DNA of 64,000 nucleotides. It comes from an uncultured Acidobacteriota bacterium. GTDB taxonomy: Bacteria > Acidobacteriota > UBA6911. Of this stretch, positions 35,021-45,007 are shown in pieces (position 1 is the stretch's first letter; every line of letters starts with the position of its first letter). Below the pieces are notes generated by a model. The model saw nothing but the letters and a program-made list of their open reading frames with translations, was not told the DNA's origin and did not search any database. The translations under genes and the position numbers were made by a program. The stretch spans positions 178,346-242,345 of the forward strand of contig CAWHCF010000008.1 in the NCBI GenBank assembly GCA_963827655.1, in the 5' to 3' direction.

Positions 35021-35960
35021 ATGCGGATAAGAACTGAATACTACATCGGTCTGGACTGTGGCGGAACCAAGACGCGCGGGGTTTTGGCCGATGAGCAATT
35101 GAGAGTCCTGGCCCGCGCGCGGGGGGGGCCTGGCAATCCTCTCTCCTCCGGAATGCGAGTCGCCGTCGCTTCCTTCCGATCGGTGATAGGGCAGTTGTTG
35201 AACAAGACGGGTCTCCGTCGCGGCGACATTGCCGCCCTCGGAATCGGCGCGGCGGGGGCGGGAAGACGCGCTGAAAGATTACGTCTCGAAAGGGCTCTCA
35301 AGAGACTCGTGCCGCGCGCAAGAATTCTGGTCGAATCCGACGGCATGATCGCCCTGCTGGGCGCTACTCTCGGCAAAGCGGGAATCATTGTCATCGCAGG
35401 AACCGGGTCTTTCGTCCTCGGGATGGACACCCGCGGAAAAACCTTGCGCGGAGGAGGTTGGGGACCGCTCCTGGGAGATGAAGGAGGCGGAGCCACTCTG
35501 GGACGAGAGGCAATTCAGGCGATGCTCCGCGCCGAAGACGGGCGCGAGCCAGCGACCGCCCTGCGCAAGGCAATCCTGAGCCACTTTCACGTGCGCACGC
35601 CGGGCGAGCTGGTCACGCGCGTCTATCGCCGGCCACCCACTCCGCGAGAGTACGCCAGGATTTGGCCGTTGCTGCTGCGGGAAGCCGGGCGAGGGGATAG
35701 GGTCGCCAGGTCAATCTTGATAAAGGGCGGGGAGGAGCTGGGGGAGACCATCGAAGCGGTCGCCCGCGGCCTGAAATTCACAGACACGGAATTTCCGCTG
35801 ATCTTTGCAGGTGGCGTGCTTTCGCGCGACTCGCTCCTGCGCCAGACTATCTTGCGCCGGTCTGAGACGAACTCTCCCGCGCGCTGTGCCGGTCCCAGCC
35901 GTCGCCGCTCCGGAGATTGGGGCGCTGCATCTCGCCCGAGAGAGCTTCAGAGCGCGTTAA
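35021..35960 (+). CDS. BadF/BadG/BcrA/BcrD-family N-acetylhexosamine kinase (MurK/NagK-like); frameshift near 35870
   Basis: IGLDCGGTKT, GAAG, ESDG, IAGTGS, GGWGPLLGDEGGG; true end APEIGALHLARESFRAR* in another frame. Confidence 0.85.
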
Positions 35961-37197
35961 CCGATTCACCCCGGATCAAGTCTTTGAAACTCTCTCGTTT
36001 GCGGATAACCTTGATGACCTTGCCTTTGACCATGACCTCCGGAATGCGCGGCCGCGAATTGTAATTGGATGCCAGAACAAATCCGTACGCGCCGGCACTC
36101 ATTACCGCGAGTAAGTCCCCTCGCTTGACCACCGGCATTTCTCGAGCGCGGGCCAGGAAATCGCCGGATTCGCAGACCGGTCCGACAACATCTGCGATCC
36201 AGCGGCCGCGTCGTGTCAGGGTCTCAGGCTGGATCCCGTGATAGGAGCCGTACAGGCTTGGGCGCACGAGGTCGTTCATTGCCGCATCAATGACGACAAA
36301 GTTTTTGCTCCGATTCTGCTTCGTGAGCAGGACCCGGGTGACCAGGATGCCCGCGTTTCCGACCAGGACCCTCCCGGGTTCCAGCAGGACGGTGCAGTCG
36401 AGATCTTTCACGAGATCGAGCACGATCTTTCCGTAGTCATCCGGATGGGGCGGGACTTCGTCATTGTACGTAATCCCAAGCCCTCCGCCGAGATCCAGAT
36501 GGCGGATATTGATGTCGCTCGACCTCAGACCGACGACCATCTGCTTCAAGCGCGTCAGAGCATCGACGAAGGGCTCGACCTGGGTAATCTGTGATCCGAT
36601 GTGATATCCAATCCCGGTGATTGCCAGGTATGGCGATCGTCCCGCCTTGCGGTAGAGGGCTGGAGCGGCCTCTATCGGTATTCCGAACTTGTGTTGACTG
36701 AGGCCGGTTGAGATATAGGGATGCGTCTTCGGATCCACGTCAGGGTTGACGCGAAATGAGAGGCGCGCAACTTTCTTGAGCGCGCGGGCCCGCTCTTCCA
36801 GCATCTGAAGTTCCGCTTCCGACTCGACATTGAACTGGAGGATGTCGTGGTGCAAGCCCTGGTCGATTTCCTCTTCCGTCTTTCCCACTCCCGAAAAGAC
36901 AATCTTCTGAGGTGCGCCTCCTGCTTTCAGGGCCCGCAGCAGCTCGCCGCTGGAAACGATGTCGAATCCAGCGCCCATTTTTCGAAACAGGCTCAGGATG
37001 GCGAGGTTGGAGCTGGCCTTCACCGAGTAGCAGATAAGATGAGGAAGGGCGCTGAACGCTCGGTCAAAAACCCTGAAATGCCGCTCCAGCGTTCCCTGAC
37101 TGTACAGGTAAAAAGGGGTACCGACCTTTCGAGCTACAGCTGCAACCGGGACATCCTCGCAGTAAAGCTTGTTTTTCTTGTACTGGAAGTAGTGCAC
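35947..37197 (-). CDS. lysA: Diaminopimelate decarboxylase
   Basis: TPFYLYS, YSVKA, DIVSSGEL, HIGSQ, DLGGG, EPGR, GPVCESGD, SNYNSR. Confidence 0.96.
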   Translation of the reverse strand: MHYFQYKKNKLYCEDVPVAAVARKVGTPFYLYSQGTLERHFRVFDRAFSALPHLICYSVKASSNLAILSLFRKMGAGFDIVSSGELLRALKAGGAPQKIVFSGVGKTEEEIDQGLHHDILQFNVESEAELQMLEERARALKKVARLSFRVNPDVDPKTHPYISTGLSQHKFGIPIEAAPALYRKAGRSPYLAITGIGYHIGSQITQVEPFVDALTRLKQMVVGLRSSDINIRHLDLGGGLGITYNDEVPPHPDDYGKIVLDLVKDLDCTVLLEPGRVLVGNAGILVTRVLLTKQNRSKNFVVIDAAMNDLVRPSLYGSYHGIQPETLTRRGRWIADVVGPVCESGDFLARAREMPVVKRGDLLAVMSAGAYGFVLASNYNSRPRIPEVMVKGKVIKVIRKRESFKDLIRGESVNAL

Positions 37198-37281
37198 GAG
37201 TCCTCGCCTTAGCGCTTCTTCGCGTCCGCGCGTGACATAAACTCGACGGCGCGAACAAGCTCCGAGTGTGCTACGGATAAA

Positions 37282-38460
37282 TCAATTGCGAGAGTATACA
37301 ATCCGGCCCCCGACCATGGTCTTTGTCACTCTTAGCTCTGAGTCGAGAAAGACCAGATCCGCGTCGGCCTCCGGAGCCAGGATCCCTTTCGAGGCCGTGA
37401 TCCTGAGACTCCGCGCCGGTACAGCGGTCGCGGTAGCCACCGCTTGGTGAACGGGTATATCGAGCCAATTCACCAGGTTCCTCACAGCTCTATCCAGCGT
37501 GAGGGTACTGCCCGCCAGAGCTCCATCGGAATCCCGGCATTCATTCCCGCGCACCACGACCGTTTTGTCTCCCAGGGGATACTGTCCGTCGGGCATATCG
37601 ACGGCGCTTACGCCGTCGGTTACCAGAAGCGTGCGATCCACCCCCTTTGCCCGCAGCAGCAGGCGTAAAGCCAGGGGATGAACGTGAACTCCGTCGGCGA
37701 TGACTTCGGCATAAAGTCGATCGTCCGTCAGAACCACGCCCAGAATTCCAGGCTCCCTCTGATGCAAAGGCCGCATGGCGTTGAAGGTATGGGTGGCAAC
37801 CATGGCGCCATTATCCACAGCGGCTCTCGCCTGCTCTGCGGTTGCATCCGAGTGTCCAATGGAGATCTGGATTCCCAGTGCAGTGGCCTCCCGGGTAACC
37901 CTGAGATTATCGTCCATCTCGGGAGCGAGAGTGATTTTCCGGATTGTGTTTCCGGAAAACTGAACCAGCCGGCGGAAGGCCTGAAGGTCCGCCCGCCTTA
38001 TGTGGCTCGTGTTGTGGGTACCTCTGCGCGCGGGATTCAGGTAGGGGCCCTCCAGGTGAACCCCAAGAGCCCTTGCCCCGTCCACTCTTTGGCGATTGGC
38101 GGTAAAGCCGCGCAGCGCAACCTCAAGGTCGGAATCAGGAGCGCTGAGAGTCGTGGCGAGAAACGATGTAGTCCCATGACTGGCGAGTGAGGAAGACAAC
38201 GTCTGAAGCGACTCCAGGGTGCCGTCCATCACGTCTCTCCCGCGCGCGCCGTGAACGTGAAGGTCGATGAAACCGGGGACCACGATCGATTCGGGCTCAT
38301 GAATCACGTTGGAACTGGAGATAGGCGCCAGCTCCGAGGAAGCCAGTATCTGTTTGATCTTTCCTTCTACGATGTGAAGGACGGCATCGGTTTGAGTTTG
38401 AAAAGGAGTGTGGAGAGTGCCGCAGCGAATCCAGATCTCGCGATCGTTTTGAGCGACCAT
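37282..38460 (-). CDS. nagA: N-acetylglucosamine-6-phosphate deacetylase
   Basis: PGFIDLHVHG, HLEGPY, TLAPE, GHS, THTFNAM, DGVHV, VTD, LAGS. Confidence 0.95.
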   Translation of the reverse strand: MVAQNDREIWIRCGTLHTPFQTQTDAVLHIVEGKIKQILASSELAPISSSNVIHEPESIVVPGFIDLHVHGARGRDVMDGTLESLQTLSSSLASHGTTSFLATTLSAPDSDLEVALRGFTANRQRVDGARALGVHLEGPYLNPARRGTHNTSHIRRADLQAFRRLVQFSGNTIRKITLAPEMDDNLRVTREATALGIQISIGHSDATAEQARAAVDNGAMVATHTFNAMRPLHQREPGILGVVLTDDRLYAEVIADGVHVHPLALRLLLRAKGVDRTLLVTDGVSAVDMPDGQYPLGDKTVVVRGNECRDSDGALAGSTLTLDRAVRNLVNWLDIPVHQAVATATAVPARSLRITASKGILAPEADADLVFLDSELRVTKTMVGGRIVYSRN

Positions 38461-38466
38461 CGCGCG

Positions 38467-39360
38467 TCAACTCCGAGCCATATCTTGCAGAGCGTTGCGC
38501 ACATTCCCCTTGCTTGCCATGAGCCGGTTTTGCGCCTGCTCGAGATCTGTCTGCCCCAGGAGCATCACCAGCGCAACTTTGAGATCTCCAGCCGCTTCCA
38601 GGGCCGCCCGGCAATGGGTCTCAGGAAGCCCGGTTGCTTCCTCGAGGATCCGCAGCCCGCGCGCCTTCAGCTTTGAATTGGTCATCTTCACGTTGACCAT
38701 CCAGTTGCTGTAAACATAGCCAAGTCGGATCATGATGGCGGTGCTGAACATGTTAAGCACAAGCTTTTGGGCCGTTCCCGCTTTCATCCGGGTCGACCCG
38801 GAAAGAACCTCAGGGCCGACGATCGGAGTGACGGCGTACTCGGCCAGCCGCGACAGGGAGGAGTCTGGATTGGAGCAGATTGCAATAGTCAGCGCTCCAA
38901 TCTTTCCGGCCCACTCGAGAGCCCCTTTGGTGTAGGGCGTTTCACCGGACGCGGCAATCCCCACGACGATGTCCGCCGGTCGGCACCCTCGAGCTTCGAG
39001 ATCTCTTGCTCCCCGGGAGGCATCGTCCTCGGAAGCTTCGGTTGCCGAGTGGCAAGCGGAATACCCTCCCGCAATCACTGCTTGAAACACATCGGGTCCG
39101 ACGCCGAACGTTGGAGGGATCTCGGATGCATCCAGCACGCCCAGGCGTCCGCTGGTCCCGGCGCCTACATAGAAAATACGTCCTCCGTTCAGATTCCGCC
39201 GCAAAACGGCATCAATCGCCCGCGCAAGCGCCGGAATGACCTGGCGGACTGCGGAAGGCACAGCGTGATCCTCCGTGTTAATGAGATGCAGAACTTCTTC
39301 TGTGCTCATGAGATCGAGATCGTGAGAGGAAGGATTGCGCGCTTCCGTAATCTGGCTCAT
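38467..39360 (-). CDS. murQ: N-acetylmuramic acid 6-phosphate etherase
   Basis: TEARN, GAGTSGRLGVLDASEIPPTFG, GIAASG, GPEVLSGSTRMKAGTAQK. Confidence 0.96.
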   Translation of the reverse strand: MSQITEARNPSSHDLDLMSTEEVLHLINTEDHAVPSAVRQVIPALARAIDAVLRRNLNGGRIFYVGAGTSGRLGVLDASEIPPTFGVGPDVFQAVIAGGYSACHSATEASEDDASRGARDLEARGCRPADIVVGIAASGETPYTKGALEWAGKIGALTIAICSNPDSSLSRLAEYAVTPIVGPEVLSGSTRMKAGTAQKLVLNMFSTAIMIRLGYVYSNWMVNVKMTNSKLKARGLRILEEATGLPETHCRAALEAAGDLKVALVMLLGQTDLEQAQNRLMASKGNVRNALQDMARS

Positions 39361-40670
39361 GTACTTGAACGCGGCGCGGGTATCGTAGCGGAGGGTCGGT
39401 CAGCGTAAGCCTGGTCCAGCAGCTCGATGGGATGGACGGCCTGCACGGAGAGCTTTCTTGCCCGGAGCGCCTGGTTGATTTGCATCAGGCAGCCCGGATT
39501 GCCCGTTGCGACTATTTGAGCCCCGGTGCGCGCGATGTTGGCGATCTTCTCTTCGAGGATCTTCGCGGATAGCTCCGGATGGACCAGATTGTAAATTCCG
39601 GCGCTGCCACAGCACCGGTCCGCCTCCCTCAACTCCACCAACTGCAGGCCCGGGATGCTCTTGAGAAGGTTTCGCGGCGCGGCCTTGATTCCCTGGCCAT
39701 GGAGAAGGTGACAGGGATCGTCGTAAGTGACTTTCACATTCAGGGTGCCAAGCCTGGTATCCAGTCCTATTAAATCGAGATACTCCGCGATGTCTTTGAC
39801 ACGATGGCTGAACTCGTGAGCCCGTCTGGCGTAAACCGGATCATCATGAAGGAGATGACCGTACTCCTTGAGCATCGCGCCGCAGCCGGCGGCGTTGACC
39901 ACGATGAAGTCGGCGCCGTCTCCTTCGAAAGCTTCAATGTTCCTGCGGGCAAGATCCTGGGCCAGGGTTCTCTCGCCATCGTGAAGATGCAAAGCGCCGC
40001 AGCAGGTTTGCCTGGAAGGGCTGCACACCCCCACCTGGTTGTGCTCGAGCACTCGAACTGTCGCTTCGTGCACCGGTCCGAATAGCTCGGGCATGACACA
40101 GCCCTCGAAAAACGACACGCGGCGCGTTTTCCCGCTCGGAGCCACCTCCGGTAGGCGATACCCCGGGGCGGGAGGCACCTCGGGAAGCAAGCTCTCCATT
40201 TCGAGCATCCGCCGAGGCAACAGCTTGAGGATCCCGGAAGTTCGCAGCAATTTTTGGATTCCGCTGCGCTGGTAGAGTCTCAGCAGGCGAAAATTCACAT
40301 GAAGTAGCCGCCGGCTCGGCAGCATCGTCTTGAAAACAAATCTGCGCAACAGGCGCGCCGACAGGGATGGCTCTTTGGCGCTGCGGATCGCCGCTCGCGC
40401 GTCGTTCATCATTACGGAAAAGCGCACCCCGGAAGGGCAGGCGCTTTCGCAGGCGCGGCACTCGAGGCACAGGCTCATGTGTTTCTCAAAAGTCGGACTG
40501 GCGACTGAAATGCGTCCTTCCTCCATTGCCTTGATCAAATAGATTCTCCCGCGGGGCGAATCCACTTCGCTTCCAAGCTGGAGGTACGTCGGACAGACGG
40601 AAAGGCAAATACCGCAGTGGATGCAATCGAGTTTTGCGGATTCGTGTTCCAATACAGGGGGGTCGGGCAC
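39357..40670 (-). CDS. glcF: Glycolate/D-lactate oxidase iron-sulfur subunit
   Basis: CIHCGICLSVCPTY, SPRGRI, CLECRACESACPSGV, CCG x2, YDDPCHL; GTG 40670 after AAGGAG. Confidence 0.92.
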   Translation of the reverse strand: MPDPPVLEHESAKLDCIHCGICLSVCPTYLQLGSEVDSPRGRIYLIKAMEEGRISVASPTFEKHMSLCLECRACESACPSGVRFSVMMNDARAAIRSAKEPSLSARLLRRFVFKTMLPSRRLLHVNFRLLRLYQRSGIQKLLRTSGILKLLPRRMLEMESLLPEVPPAPGYRLPEVAPSGKTRRVSFFEGCVMPELFGPVHEATVRVLEHNQVGVCSPSRQTCCGALHLHDGERTLAQDLARRNIEAFEGDGADFIVVNAAGCGAMLKEYGHLLHDDPVYARRAHEFSHRVKDIAEYLDLIGLDTRLGTLNVKVTYDDPCHLLHGQGIKAAPRNLLKSIPGLQLVELREADRCCGSAGIYNLVHPELSAKILEEKIANIARTGAQIVATGNPGCLMQINQALRARKLSVQAVHPIELLDQAYADRPSATIPAPRSST

Positions 40671-40855
40671 TAAATACGTCGCTCCTTTCACTGGTAAAGT
40701 GTAACAGCTCAATCGGGCCTGGCGAAGCACGCTTCGCCAGGCCAGGACGCTAGCAGGCTACCACACCGCAGGGGCCGCCTGCGGAGTGCGTAAGCTTTCG
40801 GCCGCTTGGATGCCAAGAACCTCAACGCCGGCAGCGATTCCTGCGCCACAATCGG

Positions 40856-42100
40856 CTAGATTCCTCCCACAAATCGACCTGGATTCAGCAGGCCCAGAGG
40901 GTCAAATTCGTGTTTAATACGCCGCATGATCTCCAGGGCCGCCGCTTCGTAGCCCCAGACATCAAAACCATTCTTGACTTCGGATCGGACTTTTTCAACT
41001 ACCATGTGACCGCCGACGGAGACGCAGTAGGCCCGGAGACTGGACAGGACCTGCCGCATGAGTTCTGGAGCTCGCGTGTCGGAGGATTCCCATCGATACC
41101 TTCCGTAAATGATGTAGGTTCCGGCATGGCAGAACAGCGCTGTCCTGGCGCCGAGTTCCTTCCCGGCTTCCTCCATCCGACGGGCGGTTTCGGCCGTTGA
41201 CTGATAGAGAACCGAGCACTTCACCAAAGCTTCCTCCCCGGCATTCTGAGCTTCCCGCGCGGAGGCGGCGCTTTCCCAGAATTCCAGCGATTCCTGAAGT
41301 GCCAGAACTCTGAGAACCTCGCCCTCGGTTTTTGAAGCGGCGTCCTTGAGCCTCTCGACCTGCCAGCGGACGGCAGCCTCTACTTCACCGAAGCGCAGCA
41401 TGAGAACCCAGGGCTTTTCATCCCAGCTCCAGGAGGGCCGCACGCTCTCAAGAGCCTCTCTGTTCCAGGCTTCGATTGCATCCGGCAGCAGGTCGGATCG
41501 GAGAAAGAGTTGCGCCGCCTCCAAGGCCGTCTTGATCGAAGGGTAGGCCACAAACAACGTTGCCACGCTTTCGGAGCGTGGTTGGACTTTGAAAGTAAGT
41601 TCACTCAAGATTCCCAGGGTGCCGAGCGACCCGGTATAGAGCTTGCACATGTCGTAGCCGGTCACGTTCTTGACCAGCTTTCCTCCCGCTTTGGTTGGGG
41701 TTCCATCGGCGTGGACCAGCTTTACCCCGATCAACAGGTCGCGAACCGTGCCATACCGGAAGCGAAGTGGACCGCTGCTGTTGCAGGCGACGATTCCTCC
41801 GATCGTGGCCTGGCTCGGATGGGGCGGATCCAGAGGCAGGAACTGATTTCCTTTGCTTAACGCAGCCTGAAGCTCATTCAAAGGCGTTCCGGCCAGAACC
41901 GAGACGGTCATGTTATCGGGTTCGTATTCAACGACCCCGCTCAACCGGCGGCTCCGCACGGCGAGCTGGGCGGCCCGCGGAGGGTTCCCCAGGTGCAGCT
42001 TCGTGCCCCCGCCAACCGGAGTCATGACTTTCCCGGATTGAAAGGCTCGCTTCACGATCTCGGAGAGTTCCTCAGGCGAGCCCGGGGTTTCCTCTTCCAA
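40856..42100 (-). CDS. glcE: Glycolate oxidase FAD-binding subunit (start uncertain)
   Basis: GGGTK, EYEPDNMT, ATIGG, GGKLVKNVTGYD, GSLGTLG, FDPLGLLNPGR. Confidence 0.9.
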   Translation of the reverse strand: MEEETPGSPEELSEIVKRAFQSGKVMTPVGGGTKLHLGNPPRAAQLAVRSRRLSGVVEYEPDNMTVSVLAGTPLNELQAALSKGNQFLPLDPPHPSQATIGGIVACNSSGPLRFRYGTVRDLLIGVKLVHADGTPTKAGGKLVKNVTGYDMCKLYTGSLGTLGILSELTFKVQPRSESVATLFVAYPSIKTALEAAQLFLRSDLLPDAIEAWNREALESVRPSWSWDEKPWVLMLRFGEVEAAVRWQVERLKDAASKTEGEVLRVLALQESLEFWESAASAREAQNAGEEALVKCSVLYQSTAETARRMEEAGKELGARTALFCHAGTYIIYGRYRWESSDTRAPELMRQVLSSLRAYCVSVGGHMVVEKVRSEVKNGFDVWGYEAAALEIMRRIKHEFDPLGLLNPGRFVGGI

Positions 42101-42144
42101 AAGGGCATAGCCATCGAATTCGATGCTGTTCAAGCGTCGGAACC

Positions 42145-43542
42145 TCAAAAAAAACGACAGTGTCTGGAAGGGAGTATCTTTCCGGGGTTGCACAGATCGT
42201 CGGGGTTAAAAACCGAGCGCAGCCGTTTCATTGCGGCCAGATCTGCCTCGGAGAAGAGCATGTCCATGAGCTCGTTCTTTTCGCTTCCAATTCCGTGCTC
42301 ACCGCTCAGTGTGCCGCCGGCATCGATGCAGACCTGGAGCATTTCCTGGGCAGCGCTCAGCACCCGTTGTTCCTCTCCATCCTTGCTTCGGTCAAACAGG
42401 AGGATCGGATGAAGATTGCCGTCGCCTGCATGAAATACGCTGGCCAGCCGGATGCCTGCCCGGTCGGCAATCTCGTACACCCGAACTACCACGTCGCTCA
42501 GGCGATTGCGAGGGACTACTGCGTCCTGCAGGTACAGGTCCTGTGTCATCCTTCCGGCAGCGCCAAAGGCCTGTTTTCGTCCTTTCCAAATCTTGAGCCG
42601 TTCTTCTTCGGTACGGGCGACATGAATCTCCTGGCAGTGTTGACTCCGGCAGATCTGAACAATGGCTTCAGCCTGGGGCTCAAGTGCGGCGGCCAGCCCA
42701 TCCAGTTCGATGATAAGAACCGCTTCGGCGTCCACCGGCAAGCCGGCCCGGTTCACCGATGCCTCGACTGAACGGATGGTGCGCTGATCCATCATTTCAA
42801 GCGCTGCCGGGATGATTCCCGAAGCGATGATTCGTGAGACGGCGTCGCAGGCGCCCCTCAGCGAGGAAAATGCAGCCAGCAGCGTCTTGACGGCCTGAGG
42901 CAGGCGGGTTAGCTTCAGGACGGCGAGAGTCGCAACGCCGAAGGTCCCTTCAGAACCGACAAATATCCCGACCAGGTCATAGCCGGGACAGTCGGCGGTC
43001 CGGCTTCCGAGTTGGACGACCTGCCCGGAGGCTAATACAGCTTCCAGGCTGACTACGTGGTTTGTGGTCATGCCGTATTTGAAGCAGTGAGGCCCTCCGG
43101 CATTTTCAGCCAGGTTGCCGCCGATACTGCTCACCATCTGGCTCGATGGATCAGGAGCGAAGTAGTAACCGCCGGGGGACGTGGCGTTGGTCAACTCCAT
43201 GTTGATCACCCCGGGCTCGACCACAGCCTGCCGATTCTCGAAGTCGATCTCCCGGATCTTCTTCATGCGCGACAGCGTCAGGACCAGGCCCCCGTGCCGC
43301 GGGAGGGCTCCGCCGCTCAACCCGGTGCCCGCGCCGCGCGGGACAAAAGGGACGCGATGGCGGCAAGCGATCTGGATGACTCGAGCAGTCTCGTCTCGAT
43401 TCGAAAGCAAGAGCACCGCATCCGGCGTATGCCGATGGAAGGCAAAACTGTCGCACTCGTACGCGATCGTCTGCTCCGGCTCGGCGAGGACGTTCTCGGC
43501 CCCTATCGCCTGCCGCAGCTGGTCGAGGATAGAATTTTCCAA
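42145..43542 (-). CDS. glcD: Glycolate/D-lactate oxidase FAD-linked subunit
   Basis: PRGAGTGLSGGA, APDPSS, AENAGGPHCFKYG, GSEGT, HAGDGNLHP, GEHGIG, NPGK. Confidence 0.93.
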   Translation of the reverse strand: MENSILDQLRQAIGAENVLAEPEQTIAYECDSFAFHRHTPDAVLLLSNRDETARVIQIACRHRVPFVPRGAGTGLSGGALPRHGGLVLTLSRMKKIREIDFENRQAVVEPGVINMELTNATSPGGYYFAPDPSSQMVSSIGGNLAENAGGPHCFKYGMTTNHVVSLEAVLASGQVVQLGSRTADCPGYDLVGIFVGSEGTFGVATLAVLKLTRLPQAVKTLLAAFSSLRGACDAVSRIIASGIIPAALEMMDQRTIRSVEASVNRAGLPVDAEAVLIIELDGLAAALEPQAEAIVQICRSQHCQEIHVARTEEERLKIWKGRKQAFGAAGRMTQDLYLQDAVVPRNRLSDVVVRVYEIADRAGIRLASVFHAGDGNLHPILLFDRSKDGEEQRVLSAAQEMLQVCIDAGGTLSGEHGIGSEKNELMDMLFSEADLAAMKRLRSVFNPDDLCNPGKILPSRHCRFF

Positions 43543-43756
43543 GGATAGCGCCCGCAGGAATTATGAATTCAGGCTTCGACCTTTCTTTGAGTCCTGTTGT
43601 TTTAGCGGTAACTGCTTAAGAACAAGAATTACATCTACGCGAAGAAACAGCGGTGGATTATAGCATCTCTTTGACGGGGGGTTGAGCCGCTAGGGTATAA
43701 TTCGCCCGGTTTAAGAATTGCGATCGACAGGGGTGGAACTTAAATCAGTCCAAGCA

Positions 43757-45007
43757 ATGGTCAGGACGCGCCGCATCGGAAGAGCTTCCCTTGTTCTTCT
43801 CTTGCTCGTGGCAGCGAAGATGGCAGCGCCTACAATCGGCGCCGACACTCTGCCCGGGGTACTCAACGGCATCGATGTTCTGAGCCAGCAGAAGTTTGCC
43901 CCGTTGGCCGGCAAGCGAGTGGGCCTGGTCACGAACCACACGGGCGTAGCCGCGGACGGCACCTCAACGATTGACATCCTGTTCAAATCTGGCGTCTGCA
44001 AACTGGTGGCGCTCTTCAGTCCCGAGCACGGAATCCGGGGGACCATGGAGAGCAATGTCAGCTCCTCGGTAGACGAACAAACTGGTCTTCCCATCCACAG
44101 CCTTTACGGCGATACCAGAAGGCCGACGGTCGAGAGCCTCAAAGGAATCGAGGTTCTGGTCTACGACATTCAAGATATCGGGGCTCGTTTCTATACCTAC
44201 GCCACGACGCTCGCCTATTGCCTGGAAGAGGCCGCGAAGGCTAAGGTGCCGATTTATGTTTTGGATCGTCCCAACCCGATTGGGGGCATTGCGGTCGAGG
44301 GCCCGATGTTGGATGCCGACAAGACATCATTTATCGGGTACATGCCGCTCCCTGTGCGGCATGGCATGACCCTGGGCGAGTTGGCCAGATATTTCAATGC
44401 GGAAAATGGAATCAAGGCAGACCTCCACGTCATTAGCATGACGGGCTGGCGCCGCGACTATCATTTCGACGACACCGGCCAGGTCTGGGTAAATCCTTCA
44501 CCCAACATGAGGAGTCTGCAAGCGGCGTTCTTTTACCCGGGGGTTTGTCTCCTTGAGGCAACGAATGTTTCTGTCGGGCGAGGAACCGATAGACCGTTTG
44601 AGGTGATTGGGGCGCCGTGGATTGAACCGCGCCGGCTGGCAGCTGAACTAAACGCGAGCCGCCTTCCCGGCGTAAAGTTCATCCCGCTTGTCTTCACGCC
44701 CACCGCCAGTACCCACCAAGGTAGCCGCTGCTCGGGAGTGAACCTCGTGCTGACTGATCGCGACAGGTTCAATTCTGTACACACAGGGATGACGCTGATT
44801 TCGGTGTTGTACAAGCTCTATCGAGAAAAATTCGATATTGACAGGGTACTTCGTCTTCTTGGGAATGAAAAAGCGCTGGGCGCATTGAAAGCGGGCCAGC
44901 CGCCTACGACGATACTTCGCGATGCACAGGCGGAGATGGCGCGTTTCCTGGGCCGGCGCGATAAAGCCTTGATCTATGGCGCGGTAACCGAGAAGGAGAA
45001 AAAGTGA
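43757..45007 (+). CDS. namZ: Exo-beta-N-acetylmuramidase (DUF1343/YbbC)
   Basis: Signal peptide; GLVTNHTG, FSPEHG, SLYG, DIQDIGARFYTY, LDRPNP, RHGMTLGE, PSPN, SVGRGT. Confidence 0.93.
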   Translation: MVRTRRIGRASLVLLLLVAAKMAAPTIGADTLPGVLNGIDVLSQQKFAPLAGKRVGLVTNHTGVAADGTSTIDILFKSGVCKLVALFSPEHGIRGTMESNVSSSVDEQTGLPIHSLYGDTRRPTVESLKGIEVLVYDIQDIGARFYTYATTLAYCLEEAAKAKVPIYVLDRPNPIGGIAVEGPMLDADKTSFIGYMPLPVRHGMTLGELARYFNAENGIKADLHVISMTGWRRDYHFDDTGQVWVNPSPNMRSLQAAFFYPGVCLLEATNVSVGRGTDRPFEVIGAPWIEPRRLAAELNASRLPGVKFIPLVFTPTASTHQGSRCSGVNLVLTDRDRFNSVHTGMTLISVLYKLYREKFDIDRVLRLLGNEKALGALKAGQPPTTILRDAQAEMARFLGRRDKALIYGAVTEKEKK

